Shown piece after piece: positions 16,218 through 25,106 of a DNA stretch of 38,031 bases. The stretch is from contig JBLIFI010000001.1 of assembly GCA_047633715.1 (NCBI GenBank), positions 1 to 38,031 of the forward strand, in the 5' to 3' direction. The translations under genes were made by a program, and so were the position numbers. The DNA comes from Flammeovirgaceae bacterium (GTDB lineage: Bacteria; Bacteroidota; Bacteroidia; Cytophagales; Flammeovirgaceae). Under the pieces are notes generated by a model, which had not been told where the DNA came from, made no database searches, and saw nothing but the letters and a program-made list of their open reading frames with translations. The stretch's first letter is position 1. Every line of letters starts with the position of its first letter.

Positions 16218-17645
16218 TCACATAGAAACTAGTTGTAATGGCTCATTTGGTAATTTCACTTTCAGAAACTCTTCAATTCTCTTTGCTCTGCGTTTCTTCT
16301 CTGATTTATAAAGTGCTTTTTTCCAGCTAACAATTACGGTCAACTCCTCCCTGTTGCCTAATGTATCGAAAGAGGTTCGAGTCAATTCTCCTATTGCCAA
16401 ATTGCTCAAATCAGGATAAATCGCTTTCAATTCTTGTTTTATTGTGTTGAATGGAATCGTATCCATTTGAAAAGTATTGATTTCCGCAATCAAACTATCT
16501 TCGGTTAATTGCCTGAGAATCAGGTTATTTTCGATTCGTTCCATATCTTGTTGTAAGCGGGAAACTCGGTCTCTAATGACTACTTTATCATTATCTTGAG
16601 CTGCAGTTGGAATAAGCTCCAACTGCCAAACGCCTGCGTAACCTTTCTCCCTCATGCTTCTCTCCAATTTCTCCTTTAAAACATTTGTAGAATCGTCTGA
16701 AATGGCCTCTCCAAAATAATAAACTTCTAATTTTGAAACTGTATCTGAAACGGCAATGGGAGTCCAATCCACTCCATTTTTAATATCATGGATATTATCA
16801 GTAATGAATGTCTCAACTAACCCTTGTTCTTCCAACTCTCTCAATGTTTTTTCCAGAAAGTAATAACTAGGGTAAAGTAAAAGTAAAATCACTATAAAAA
16901 CCATGCTTTTCACACGAGTGGCAGATTCAGGATCTTCCTGCTCTACAAGTGGGAATTTCAAAATCCTAACTACCGCATAAGTACTCAAACTAATCAGCAC
17001 GGCATTCATGAAAAACAGATAAAATGCACCTAAAAATATCTCCTGAAATTCACCTTTTGCCAGCCCATAGCCTGCCGTACAGAGCGGAGGCATTAAAGCC
17101 GTGGCAATGGCAACTCCTGGAATGGCATTTGTTTTTTCTGTACGAGAACCTGCAATGATCCCTGCTAACCCTCCAAAAAGAGCGACACCCGCATCTAAAA
17201 TAGTTGGAGTAATTCGGCTTCTCATCTCATCGGTAAATTGATCTAGTGGAGTGAAGTAAAAATAGATAAAGCTTACCAATAAGCTTAACCCTGTGGCAAT
17301 CCCGAAGTTGTAAACCGATTTGATGAGATATTCCTTATCGTTGATTCCCGCAGAAAGCCCAATTCCCAAAATGGGGGACATAAGCGGAGAAATAAGCATG
17401 GCGCCTATAATTACTGCTGGAGAACCAGTATTCAAGCCAACACAAGCAATTCCTGCAGAAAATATCAAAATCCATAGATTGGAACCTTCAAGAACAACTC
17501 CGCCCTTGATGTCTTTTATGGTACCTTCAATATCGGTATCATCTGCCAGATGGGTAATTTTAAACAGTACTCGTTTCAGGAAAGAAAAAATATTTTTGAT
17601 TTCTCCTCCAATCCTACTGAAACTCCGGCCTACTTGGTTGGACAT
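16218..17645 (-). CDS. DUF389-family membrane protein (TIGR00341-like) with a C-terminal soluble extension
   Basis: Contains GAMLISPLMSPILGIGL and ATALMPPLCTAGYGL, which are typical DUF389 TM repeats. Confidence 0.8.
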   Translation of the reverse strand: MSNQVGRSFSRIGGEIKNIFSFLKRVLFKITHLADDTDIEGTIKDIKGGVVLEGSNLWILIFSAGIACVGLNTGSPAVIIGAMLISPLMSPILGIGLSAGINDKEYLIKSVYNFGIATGLSLLVSFIYFYFTPLDQFTDEMRSRITPTILDAGVALFGGLAGIIAGSRTEKTNAIPGVAIATALMPPLCTAGYGLAKGEFQEIFLGAFYLFFMNAVLISLSTYAVVRILKFPLVEQEDPESATRVKSMVFIVILLLLYPSYYFLEKTLRELEEQGLVETFITDNIHDIKNGVDWTPIAVSDTVSKLEVYYFGEAISDDSTNVLKEKLERSMREKGYAGVWQLELIPTAAQDNDKVVIRDRVSRLQQDMERIENNLILRQLTEDSLIAEINTFQMDTIPFNTIKQELKAIYPDLSNLAIGELTRTSFDTLGNREELTVIVSWKKALYKSEKKRRAKRIEEFLKVKLPNEPLQLVSM

Positions 17646-17771
17646 AAAATATGATTTAGTGAATGTTGAGGTTATTTCCGAAGTACAAATTTGGAAACTT
17701 TCTTCAATTTGGCAAATTCTACTAAAATTAGACTGATTCTATTTGGCAATCTATTGCTAAAAAACACCCTT

Positions 17772-20129
17772 TCACGCTTTGAGTTCATCTAGTTTGAACT
17801 CAACCAAAAACTTGGCTCCTCCACTCTTTGCATCTTCATACCACACTTCCCCACTCATCGACTCCACATATTTTTTCACAATTGACAAACCCAAACCTGT
17901 GGACGATTCCATTCCTGTGGGTTTGGCACTTAGTTTTTGAAACTTTTTAAACAAATGCTTTTGCTCCGATTCATCAATTCCTGGGCCTTCATCCATGATG
18001 GCAACTCTTATATTATTATCAATTCTGCTTGTGGAGACAGTAATTTGTGTTCCTAATGGAGAAAATTTGAGGGAATTGGAGATAAGATTTTCGAATATCT
18101 GCTCAGTAAGGTTTTTATCTAAACTGACGAGCGAATCTGATGTGAATGAGTTAAGTACAATATTTATTTTCTTATTTGATGCCATCAACTCGAATTTGGC
18201 AATTATCTCCGAAAGTAAGCCATCAATTTCAAAATCCTCCACTTTCATATTCAGGGATTTAGACTCAATGGCATCCAAATCCAATATTTTACTAATCATT
18301 CCCGACATGCCATCAATGGTTTGGGAAATCATTTTATGCATGGCTTTTGTAGTATCTGAATGCCCTTCTGCTTCAAAATTCAAAATTGTAAGAAAACCCT
18401 TAATTTGGTTTAATGGCGTTTTCAAATCATGCGCTACCACACTAATAAGGTAATTTTTCTCTGCATCCAACTCTTTGAGCGTTTCATATCGCTCTTGTAG
18501 TAAGTCTCTCTGGTTCAGAATTTCTTCTTGCTGAATGAAAATTTCGGCATGTTGTTTTTCTATTTCCAATTTTTGAGCCTCAAGTAAAGAATTGGCTTTG
18601 TTGATAACGCTACTTTTCTTTTTGATAGAAAAAAGCAGAAAAACCAGCCCTACTACAAGCGCACTCAGAATCCCGAAAAATATTTGTTGTTGTCTGATTC
18701 TATTTTCCGAAAGTACCTTTTCCTTCTGCAATCTTGCCAGCTCCACTTGCTTATAGGCATTTTGGTTCCGCATTTCTATCTTAGCAATTTCCCTGCTCTT
18801 ATTTACTCCAAACAGTTTCTCATTCAGTTGAAGTACTTCGGATTGGTATAAAAATGCCTTTTCATAATCGCCCATATTCCTATAAATGCTTGACAAATCT
18901 TCTGATGCCTTCTTCATTCCGTCTTCCGCATTCAACTCTTGGGAAGTGAGATAAGCTTTTTTCATTGCTTCAATAGCATCATTACTTTTCCCTTTGATTT
19001 CGTAGATTTCTCCAAGCCTCAGCAATAGTTCTATCATTCCGAACTTGTCTTCTACCTCTTCTTTCATCTCGAAAGCTTGCTTATAATATCCCTCCGCCCT
19101 AGAAAAATCATTTTTTTTCTGATAGGCAAAGCCTATATAGTAAAGAAGCGTGCTTGACTCAATATTCGTCCTGTTTTTAGTACTTATTTCATAGCCTCTA
19201 CGAAGTGTTTTCAACGCTTGGTCATATTGCTTTTTCTCAATCAAAACTGCTCCAATATTTTTGTAGATTGGAGGGAGGGAATAAGTCTGCCCATACTCAA
19301 TCATCACATTGAGCGCACGATTGAAGTGCTTGAGTGCTTTTGACCAATCTTTTTGGTCGAAATATAACTGCCCGATACTATTATTACATCTTGCCAAATA
19401 TTTTTCATCGCCAATACGTTCTGCAATTTTGAAGCCTCTCATATAATAATCGAGTGCAGTAGGGAAGTGTCCTTTTTTCTGATGGATATTTCCAATTTCT
19501 AAATAGGTAAGACAAACACTCTCCTCTGAAGAGATTTCATTATACCCATTCATCGCACTTTTATAGTACGTCATTGCATTATCGTAATCTCCACGAGTCG
19601 CATATAAATTGCCAAGATTGAAATAATTATCTGCTATTTCCATCTTTTCGCCCAACTCCACAGCCAATGTCAGGGCTTTCTGGTAAAAAATCATGGCACT
19701 ATCGAATATACTTAGCCGTTCGTAGCTAATTGCCAAGTTGCCGTACGCTTTTACCAAACCAGATTCATAATCTGCGCCTTTGGAAATCTTTCTGGCTTCG
19801 TCATATTTTTGAATTGCAATTTCGAATTTGCCTAGATATTCATAGGCAACTCCTTGGGCATTAGTAGTGGCTACTTTCTTTTCATAATCTGTGGAATGCT
19901 CTACTATTTCATACGCCTCAGTAGCATATTGGAGAGATTTCTCGGGAATAGAGCGGAGGTAAATCTCTGAAAGCTCAATTAAATAGGAAACTCTTGCCGT
20001 ATCGGACGAACCGTAGTTGGCAAGTTTCTTTTGGATACTGTCAGCTTTATCATGCGATTGGGCAAAGCAACTCGCTTGGTAAAAAACCAAGTAAATTAAA
20101 ACCAATATGGTGCTTCTTGCAATTAGCAT
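17772..20129 (-). CDS. TPR-repeat sensor histidine kinase
   Basis: An N-terminal signal/TM is followed by about 10 TPR-like repeats, one TM, a coiled coil, an H-box VVAHDLKTPLN, and HATPase_c N/G boxes (ENLISNSLKFSP, DEGPGI, GLGLSIVK). Confidence 0.92.
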   Translation of the reverse strand: MLIARSTILVLIYLVFYQASCFAQSHDKADSIQKKLANYGSSDTARVSYLIELSEIYLRSIPEKSLQYATEAYEIVEHSTDYEKKVATTNAQGVAYEYLGKFEIAIQKYDEARKISKGADYESGLVKAYGNLAISYERLSIFDSAMIFYQKALTLAVELGEKMEIADNYFNLGNLYATRGDYDNAMTYYKSAMNGYNEISSEESVCLTYLEIGNIHQKKGHFPTALDYYMRGFKIAERIGDEKYLARCNNSIGQLYFDQKDWSKALKHFNRALNVMIEYGQTYSLPPIYKNIGAVLIEKKQYDQALKTLRRGYEISTKNRTNIESSTLLYYIGFAYQKKNDFSRAEGYYKQAFEMKEEVEDKFGMIELLLRLGEIYEIKGKSNDAIEAMKKAYLTSQELNAEDGMKKASEDLSSIYRNMGDYEKAFLYQSEVLQLNEKLFGVNKSREIAKIEMRNQNAYKQVELARLQKEKVLSENRIRQQQIFFGILSALVVGLVFLLFSIKKKSSVINKANSLLEAQKLEIEKQHAEIFIQQEEILNQRDLLQERYETLKELDAEKNYLISVVAHDLKTPLNQIKGFLTILNFEAEGHSDTTKAMHKMISQTIDGMSGMISKILDLDAIESKSLNMKVEDFEIDGLLSEIIAKFELMASNKKINIVLNSFTSDSLVSLDKNLTEQIFENLISNSLKFSPLGTQITVSTSRIDNNIRVAIMDEGPGIDESEQKHLFKKFQKLSAKPTGMESSTGLGLSIVKKYVESMSGEVWYEDAKSGGAKFLVEFKLDELKA

Positions 20130-20255
20130 GAAAGTGAGTGAGTGTGGATAATTGTTCTGTTGTTTATTAGTTGAATTTAAAATTAAAATGCTTGGGAAGC
20201 AAGTATATAATTAGCAAAGTAAGTTTTTAGATTCAATACACATTTCTTATCTGTA

Positions 20256-21239
20256 TTACCTCGGCACCTCCACACTCTCCACAATTTGCTGAATTACTTG
20301 TGCGGCTGTTGCTCCTTCCATTTCCTTTTCTGGAGTGAGCATAATTCGGTGTATCAATACGGGCTCAGTTATAAACTTCACATCGTCTGGAGTGATAAAA
20401 TCTCTGCCTTGCATAGCCGCAATTGCCTGTGCACTTTTCATAATGGCAATAGAAGCTCGTGGAGATGCGCCCAAATAGAGCGCAGGATAATTTCGGGTCG
20501 TGTTTACGATTTTGGCAATGTATTCCAAAATGCTTTTTTCTATTTTGATGGATTTCACCACATCTCGGAAGCTTTCCAACTCGGAAGCATTCATGACTGC
20601 CGAAATAGTATTCAAATCATTCTGATTTTTACGCTCATGGAAGCTCGTCAGAATTTCAATCTCTTCTGATAATTTTGGGTAGCCTACTTCAATTTTGAAA
20701 AGAAAACGGTCGAGTTGTGCTTCTGGGAGTCGGTAAGTTCCTTCCTGCTCAATCGGATTTTGTGTTGCCAACACCATAAACGGGCGTTCCATTTTGTGGA
20801 CTTCACCATCCATCGAAATTTGTTTCTCTTCCATTACCTCAAACAAAGCGGCTTGCGTTTTGGCAGGCGCACGGTTGATTTCATCAATCAGTACGATGTT
20901 TGAAAATATGGGTCCTTTCTTGTATTCAAACTCCGAAGTTTTTACATTGAAAATGCTAGTCCCCAACACATCGGAAGGCATTAAATCGGGTGTGAACTGG
21001 ATTCTTGAAAAATCTACCGAAATAATTCTGGAAATAATTTTGGCAGTGAGTGTTTTGGCAACTCCAGGAACTCCCTCAATCAGGGCATGACCTTCTGCCA
21101 AGATTGTGGCAATGAGTAAATCTACCATTTTGTGCTGTCCAATCACTATTTTCCCTACTTCTGCTTTTATTTGCAAAACAGCATTTTTAAGTGGAGACAA
21201 ATTCACTCTACTCTCAAAAAACTCGTTGTTCTCTTCCAT
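20256..21239 (-). CDS. MoxR-family AAA+ ATPase
   Basis: Walker A GVPGVAKT, Walker B LIDEINRA, followed by QNPIEQEGTYRLPEAQLDRF. 327 aa. Confidence 0.93.
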   Translation of the reverse strand: MEENNEFFESRVNLSPLKNAVLQIKAEVGKIVIGQHKMVDLLIATILAEGHALIEGVPGVAKTLTAKIISRIISVDFSRIQFTPDLMPSDVLGTSIFNVKTSEFEYKKGPIFSNIVLIDEINRAPAKTQAALFEVMEEKQISMDGEVHKMERPFMVLATQNPIEQEGTYRLPEAQLDRFLFKIEVGYPKLSEEIEILTSFHERKNQNDLNTISAVMNASELESFRDVVKSIKIEKSILEYIAKIVNTTRNYPALYLGASPRASIAIMKSAQAIAAMQGRDFITPDDVKFITEPVLIHRIMLTPEKEMEGATAAQVIQQIVESVEVPR

Positions 21240-21308
21240 TTGGCTGAAAAATAAAATCCTTTTCTACTCTTTAAACTTACAATAATTGACTTCTCGTTAG
21301 ATTTTTTT

Positions 21309-21390
21309 GGTAGTGTTAAATAGGTAATACTAAAGCAACAATAAATCATAAATATCCAAAAGCAGCATTATATGTTTACAACTACCAATT
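21309..21390 (-). repeat. Family-2 palindromic repeat, third copy (reverse orientation, lacks the 23-nt inner hairpin)
   Basis: taaataggtaatactaaagcaacaataaatcata|aatatccaaaagcagcatta aligns with the reverse complement of 303..390, minus gcgcaagcattcgcttgtgcctt. Confidence 0.6.
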
Positions 21391-21580
21391 TTTTCTCAAT
21401 CCAACCACGCTACGAATATAGTTTCTGTTGGTGGATTTGAAAAATTGCCATTCTATTTTGCCATTATTTTCACTAAAATGGCAAAACAATAAATATATAT
21501 CCTAATTTCAGCTTTGAAAAGCAGTTTTTTTTTCTTCTCTTTAGTGTGGAATTGGAAATTTGACTCAAAGTCCTTTTTCA

Positions 21581-21710
21581 TTATAGACCTAAGTACATGA
21601 CATTTTTTCATTCATACGTGTTCAACCCCTCGGAGAGTCCTGTGCAATTCCATTGTGGAACTACTCCGAGGGATTCACTTTACTTTTTGTCCTGTACTAA
21701 GGTTATAGAC
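21581..21710. mobile_element. About 113-bp MITE-like element flanked by 8-bp direct repeats
   Basis: TTATAGAC occurs at 21581-21588 and 21703-21710. The ends are ctaagtacatgac / gtcctgtactaag (a 13-bp inverted repeat with 2 mismatches). There is an internal perfect 9-bp hairpin ccctcggag / ctccgaggg. Confidence 0.5.
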
Positions 21711-22117
21711 TTAAAGTTAACACCATAAATAGCTGTTCGCATTCAATTTTGGGGAAAGGAAAGTAAAATGGATGCTAAAGTTTAGTTGGATTGAATTTGG
21801 GATAAAAAGCGTTCAAATTAGCAAACCGCTCCCCAAAATTGGTGACACACGACCAGCTGGTTAAACTCTCAGGTGTTGAGACGAGTTTTGTGAAGACGGA
21901 TTTCTTCTCATCAACAAACGAGTTACTAAATCCAACAAAAAACACTTTCTACTTTTGAAGACCGATTGTTTGAGATAGTTTTTTTTTGCAGACTAAAACT
22001 GACGAAAAAAAAACATAAAATACTAAAAATCAGATTATTAAAAATTTAATAACAAACCACATTTCGTACATCTAAAATCGTACATCCACTTGGCACAAAG
22101 TGCTTAAATCAACAAAT

Positions 22118-24058
22118 ATGGGAGCAAAAGGCGTAAGAATTGCTGCATCGCAAAGCGAGCTGAATACATTCACGAAGTTTCTCCTTCGAGACATTCAGGC
22201 ACTAGACAAAATGCTCAAAGACGATTTGTTCGAGAAAGGGCAGATGATGATTGGCGCAGAGCAGGAAATGTGTTTGATAGATGAACATGGAAGACCCGCC
22301 CCGAAAGCGGTGGAAATGCTCAAATCACTCAACAACCCGAACTTTACCACCGAACTGGCACGTTTCAATTTGGAAGCTAATCTTGACCCAGTTCCTTTCA
22401 AAGACGACTGCTTTACCAATTTCGAGAATCAAATAAAAGGATTTATGGACGCATTTAAAACTGCTGCCGTAGAGCATGAGGTTGAACCTCTTTTAACTGG
22501 AATACTGCCCACAATCAGAAAATTCGATTTGGGAATTGAAAACCTCACTCCTATTGATAGATATTATGCTTTGATTGAATCTATCAATAAGTTGCGTGGC
22601 GAAGGACACCAGCTAAAAATCGAAGGCTTAGACGAATTGAATATCAAACAGACTTCTGCTCTGATTGAGGCCTGCAACACTAGTTTCCAAGTCCATTTGC
22701 AAGTCCGCCCCGATGAATTTGTACAGAAATACAATGTGGCACAGGCAATTGCAGCACCAGTTATGGCGCTTGCCTCTAACTCGCCCATGCTTTTTGGGAA
22801 AAGGCTTTGGAGCGAAACCAGAATTGCCCTTTTCCAGCAATCGGTAGATACACGAGTTACGGGAGACCATTTGCGTTATTCTAGCCCAAGAGTAACTTTT
22901 GGCTCTCGTTGGCTAGAAAATTCGATTTTGGATTTATATAAAGAAGACATAGTTCGTTTCAAAGCGCTACTTATTACTGATATTGAGGAAGATGTTCTCA
23001 AATTACTAGAAGAAGGAATCACTCCAAAACTCAAAGCCTTGAGCATTCATAATTCTACTGTTTACCGCTGGAACAGACCGTGTTATGGAGTAAGCCCGAA
23101 CGGAATGCCTCATTTGCGAATTGAGAACAGGATTCTTCCCGCAGGCCCAACCGTGGTAGATGAAGTTGCCAACTCTGCCTTTTGGATTGGTGTAATGAAC
23201 GGATTTGAAGATGTTTACCCAGATATTACAAAGGTGTTGGATTTCGATGATGCCAAATCCAATTTCTTGAAAGCCGCCAAAAATGGACACGGAATAAAAT
23301 ACAATTGGGTCAATAATAAACTCATTTCAGACCAAGAATTGATTGAGAAAGAACTTCTCCCAATGGCTCGTGCAGGATTGAAAAAAGCCAATGTCAACCA
23401 ATCAGAGATAGATAAATACCTCGGAATAATTGAAGAAAGAAATACCACGAGCAGAACTGGTGCAAGATGGATTGTAGAATCTTATGGGCAACTCATTAAG
23501 GAGTCGGGCAAAGAAGAAGCCGCTACTGCATTAGTGGCTGCCATGTTGCAGTATCAGAAAACAGAAAAACCAATCCACGAATGGGAATTGGCGCATATTA
23601 GTAGCATTGTAGATTGGACCCCTTCTTCGCTTTTGGTAGAAGAGTTTATGACTATCGATATTTTCACGGTTTCCAAAGAAGATATTCCCGATTTGGCTGC
23701 CGATATGATGGATTGGCAACAAATCAGATACTTGCCCATTGAAAGCAAAGATGGCGATTTGATTGGCTTACTGACTGTGCGTGGCTTGCTCAGGTATTTC
23801 TCCGAAAAATGCCGTGATAAAAAAGTAGGTGAAAAGAAAATTGGGGAAATGATGATTAAAAAACCCATCACAATCCACCCAGAAGCAACCGTTTTGGAAG
23901 CAATGGACATTATGCGTGAAAACAAAATTGGTTGCTTACCTGTAGTCAATAAATCCAAGTTAGTGGGAATGATTACTGAGGCGAATTTCTTGACTATTAC
24001 TTCGAGCTTACTGAAAAGATTGCAACGAAATAAGCAGTTGAGGAAGGGAACAAAGTAA
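22118..24058 (+). CDS. Glutamate-cysteine ligase family 2 (carboxylate-amine ligase)-like protein fused to a C-terminal CBS pair
   Basis: N-terminal IGAEQEMCLID.. followed by a GCS2-like core. The last roughly 140 aa contain two CBS-like units (TIDIFTVSKED...LIGLLTVRGLL and ITIHPEATVLEAMDIMRENKIGCLPVV..LVGMITEANF). I prefer the ATG at 22118 to the GTG at 22100. Confidence 0.72.
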   Translation: MGAKGVRIAASQSELNTFTKFLLRDIQALDKMLKDDLFEKGQMMIGAEQEMCLIDEHGRPAPKAVEMLKSLNNPNFTTELARFNLEANLDPVPFKDDCFTNFENQIKGFMDAFKTAAVEHEVEPLLTGILPTIRKFDLGIENLTPIDRYYALIESINKLRGEGHQLKIEGLDELNIKQTSALIEACNTSFQVHLQVRPDEFVQKYNVAQAIAAPVMALASNSPMLFGKRLWSETRIALFQQSVDTRVTGDHLRYSSPRVTFGSRWLENSILDLYKEDIVRFKALLITDIEEDVLKLLEEGITPKLKALSIHNSTVYRWNRPCYGVSPNGMPHLRIENRILPAGPTVVDEVANSAFWIGVMNGFEDVYPDITKVLDFDDAKSNFLKAAKNGHGIKYNWVNNKLISDQELIEKELLPMARAGLKKANVNQSEIDKYLGIIEERNTTSRTGARWIVESYGQLIKESGKEEAATALVAAMLQYQKTEKPIHEWELAHISSIVDWTPSSLLVEEFMTIDIFTVSKEDIPDLAADMMDWQQIRYLPIESKDGDLIGLLTVRGLLRYFSEKCRDKKVGEKKIGEMMIKKPITIHPEATVLEAMDIMRENKIGCLPVVNKSKLVGMITEANFLTITSSLLKRLQRNKQLRKGTK

Positions 24059-24106
24059 AATATTTTGGATTTATGAAGTTGTAGAATATAATCAATATCT
24101 ATTTAA

Positions 24107-24169
24107 AACCCTGACAGGGCTTCCTGATTATTCAGCAGTTAGTTTTAATAATTTAGCCCTGTCAGGGTT
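24107..24169. repeat. Perfect 15-bp inverted repeat with a 33-nt loop
   Basis: aaccctgacagggct ... agccctgtcagggtt. It lies between the GCS2-CBS gene and radC and has no T-run. Confidence 0.7.
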
Positions 24170-24212
24170 AATTCCATTCAAACAGAACCTACAAAAAAAC
24201 AGCCTAACACAC

Positions 24213-24917
24213 ATGGAAACCCCTTATCAAAAATCCGAATTAAGCATTAAAAATTGGGCGGAAGAAGACCGACCGAGAGAAAAACTGATGCTGAAAGGTA
24301 AATCGGCACTTTCTGATGCGGAGTTAATTGCTATTCTGATCGGGTCGGGAACACGGGAAATGAGTGCGGTGGAAGTCAGCAAGCTTATTTTGAATAAGGC
24401 TGAAAACAACTTGAATGAATTAGCAAAGTTTGGATTGAACGACTTAAAAACCATTAAAGGAATTGGCGAGGCAAAGGCACTTACCATTATGAGTGCGCTA
24501 GAATTGGGCAGAAGACGGAAGGAAGGAGAAGTTTTCAGAAAGCCTAAAATCACTTGTGCACAAGATGCTTACAGTGTAATTAAACCAGATTTATTGGATT
24601 TGGAATTTGAGGAGTTCTGGGTTTTATTGCTCAATCGGGCAAATCAGGTAATCCGCAAAGAACGAATTAGCTCTGGGGGAGTTTCGGGAACAGTTGCCGA
24701 CCCGAAAATCATTTTCAAACGAGCTTTAGACGAATTGGCGAGTGCCATGATTCTCGTTCACAATCATCCTTCGGGGAATCTCCAACCAAGCCAAGCAGAT
24801 ATAAATTTGACGAAAAAAGTAAAGGAAGGTGGCAAATTATTGGAAATTAGTGTACTCGACCATCTGATTTTCACAAACGAAGGATTTTACAGTTTTGCAG
24901 ATGAGGGAAGAATGTGA
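24213..24917 (+). CDS. radC: RadC-family JAB-domain protein (UPF0758)
   Basis: N-terminal RPREKL..LSDAELIAILIGSG and HhH (IKGIGEAKA). JAMM motif HNHPSGNLQPSQAD. Confidence 0.92.
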   Translation: METPYQKSELSIKNWAEEDRPREKLMLKGKSALSDAELIAILIGSGTREMSAVEVSKLILNKAENNLNELAKFGLNDLKTIKGIGEAKALTIMSALELGRRRKEGEVFRKPKITCAQDAYSVIKPDLLDLEFEEFWVLLLNRANQVIRKERISSGGVSGTVADPKIIFKRALDELASAMILVHNHPSGNLQPSQADINLTKKVKEGGKLLEISVLDHLIFTNEGFYSFADEGRM

Positions 24918-25106
24918 TGATTGGCCATTCAAAACCTTTAACAAGTTCAATTGAGCGAAATCATTGATTATTCAAACATGAATCAGATAAAATCGTAATC
25001 ATAGTTGTATTGTATTGCTACATTTGCAACAAATTGAAATGCAATGTAAAATCTGTATTTGAACAAGCTGGGAATTTGAATAAGAATTTCCCAAAAACCA
25101 ATTAGC

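Noticed and set aside
17646-20255. Two intergenic gaps of identical length (126 bp) flanking the histidine-kinase gene, considered as a possible repeated regulatory cassette
   Set aside because: Direct comparison of the two spacers shows no sequence similarity. The equal length appears to be a coincidence.
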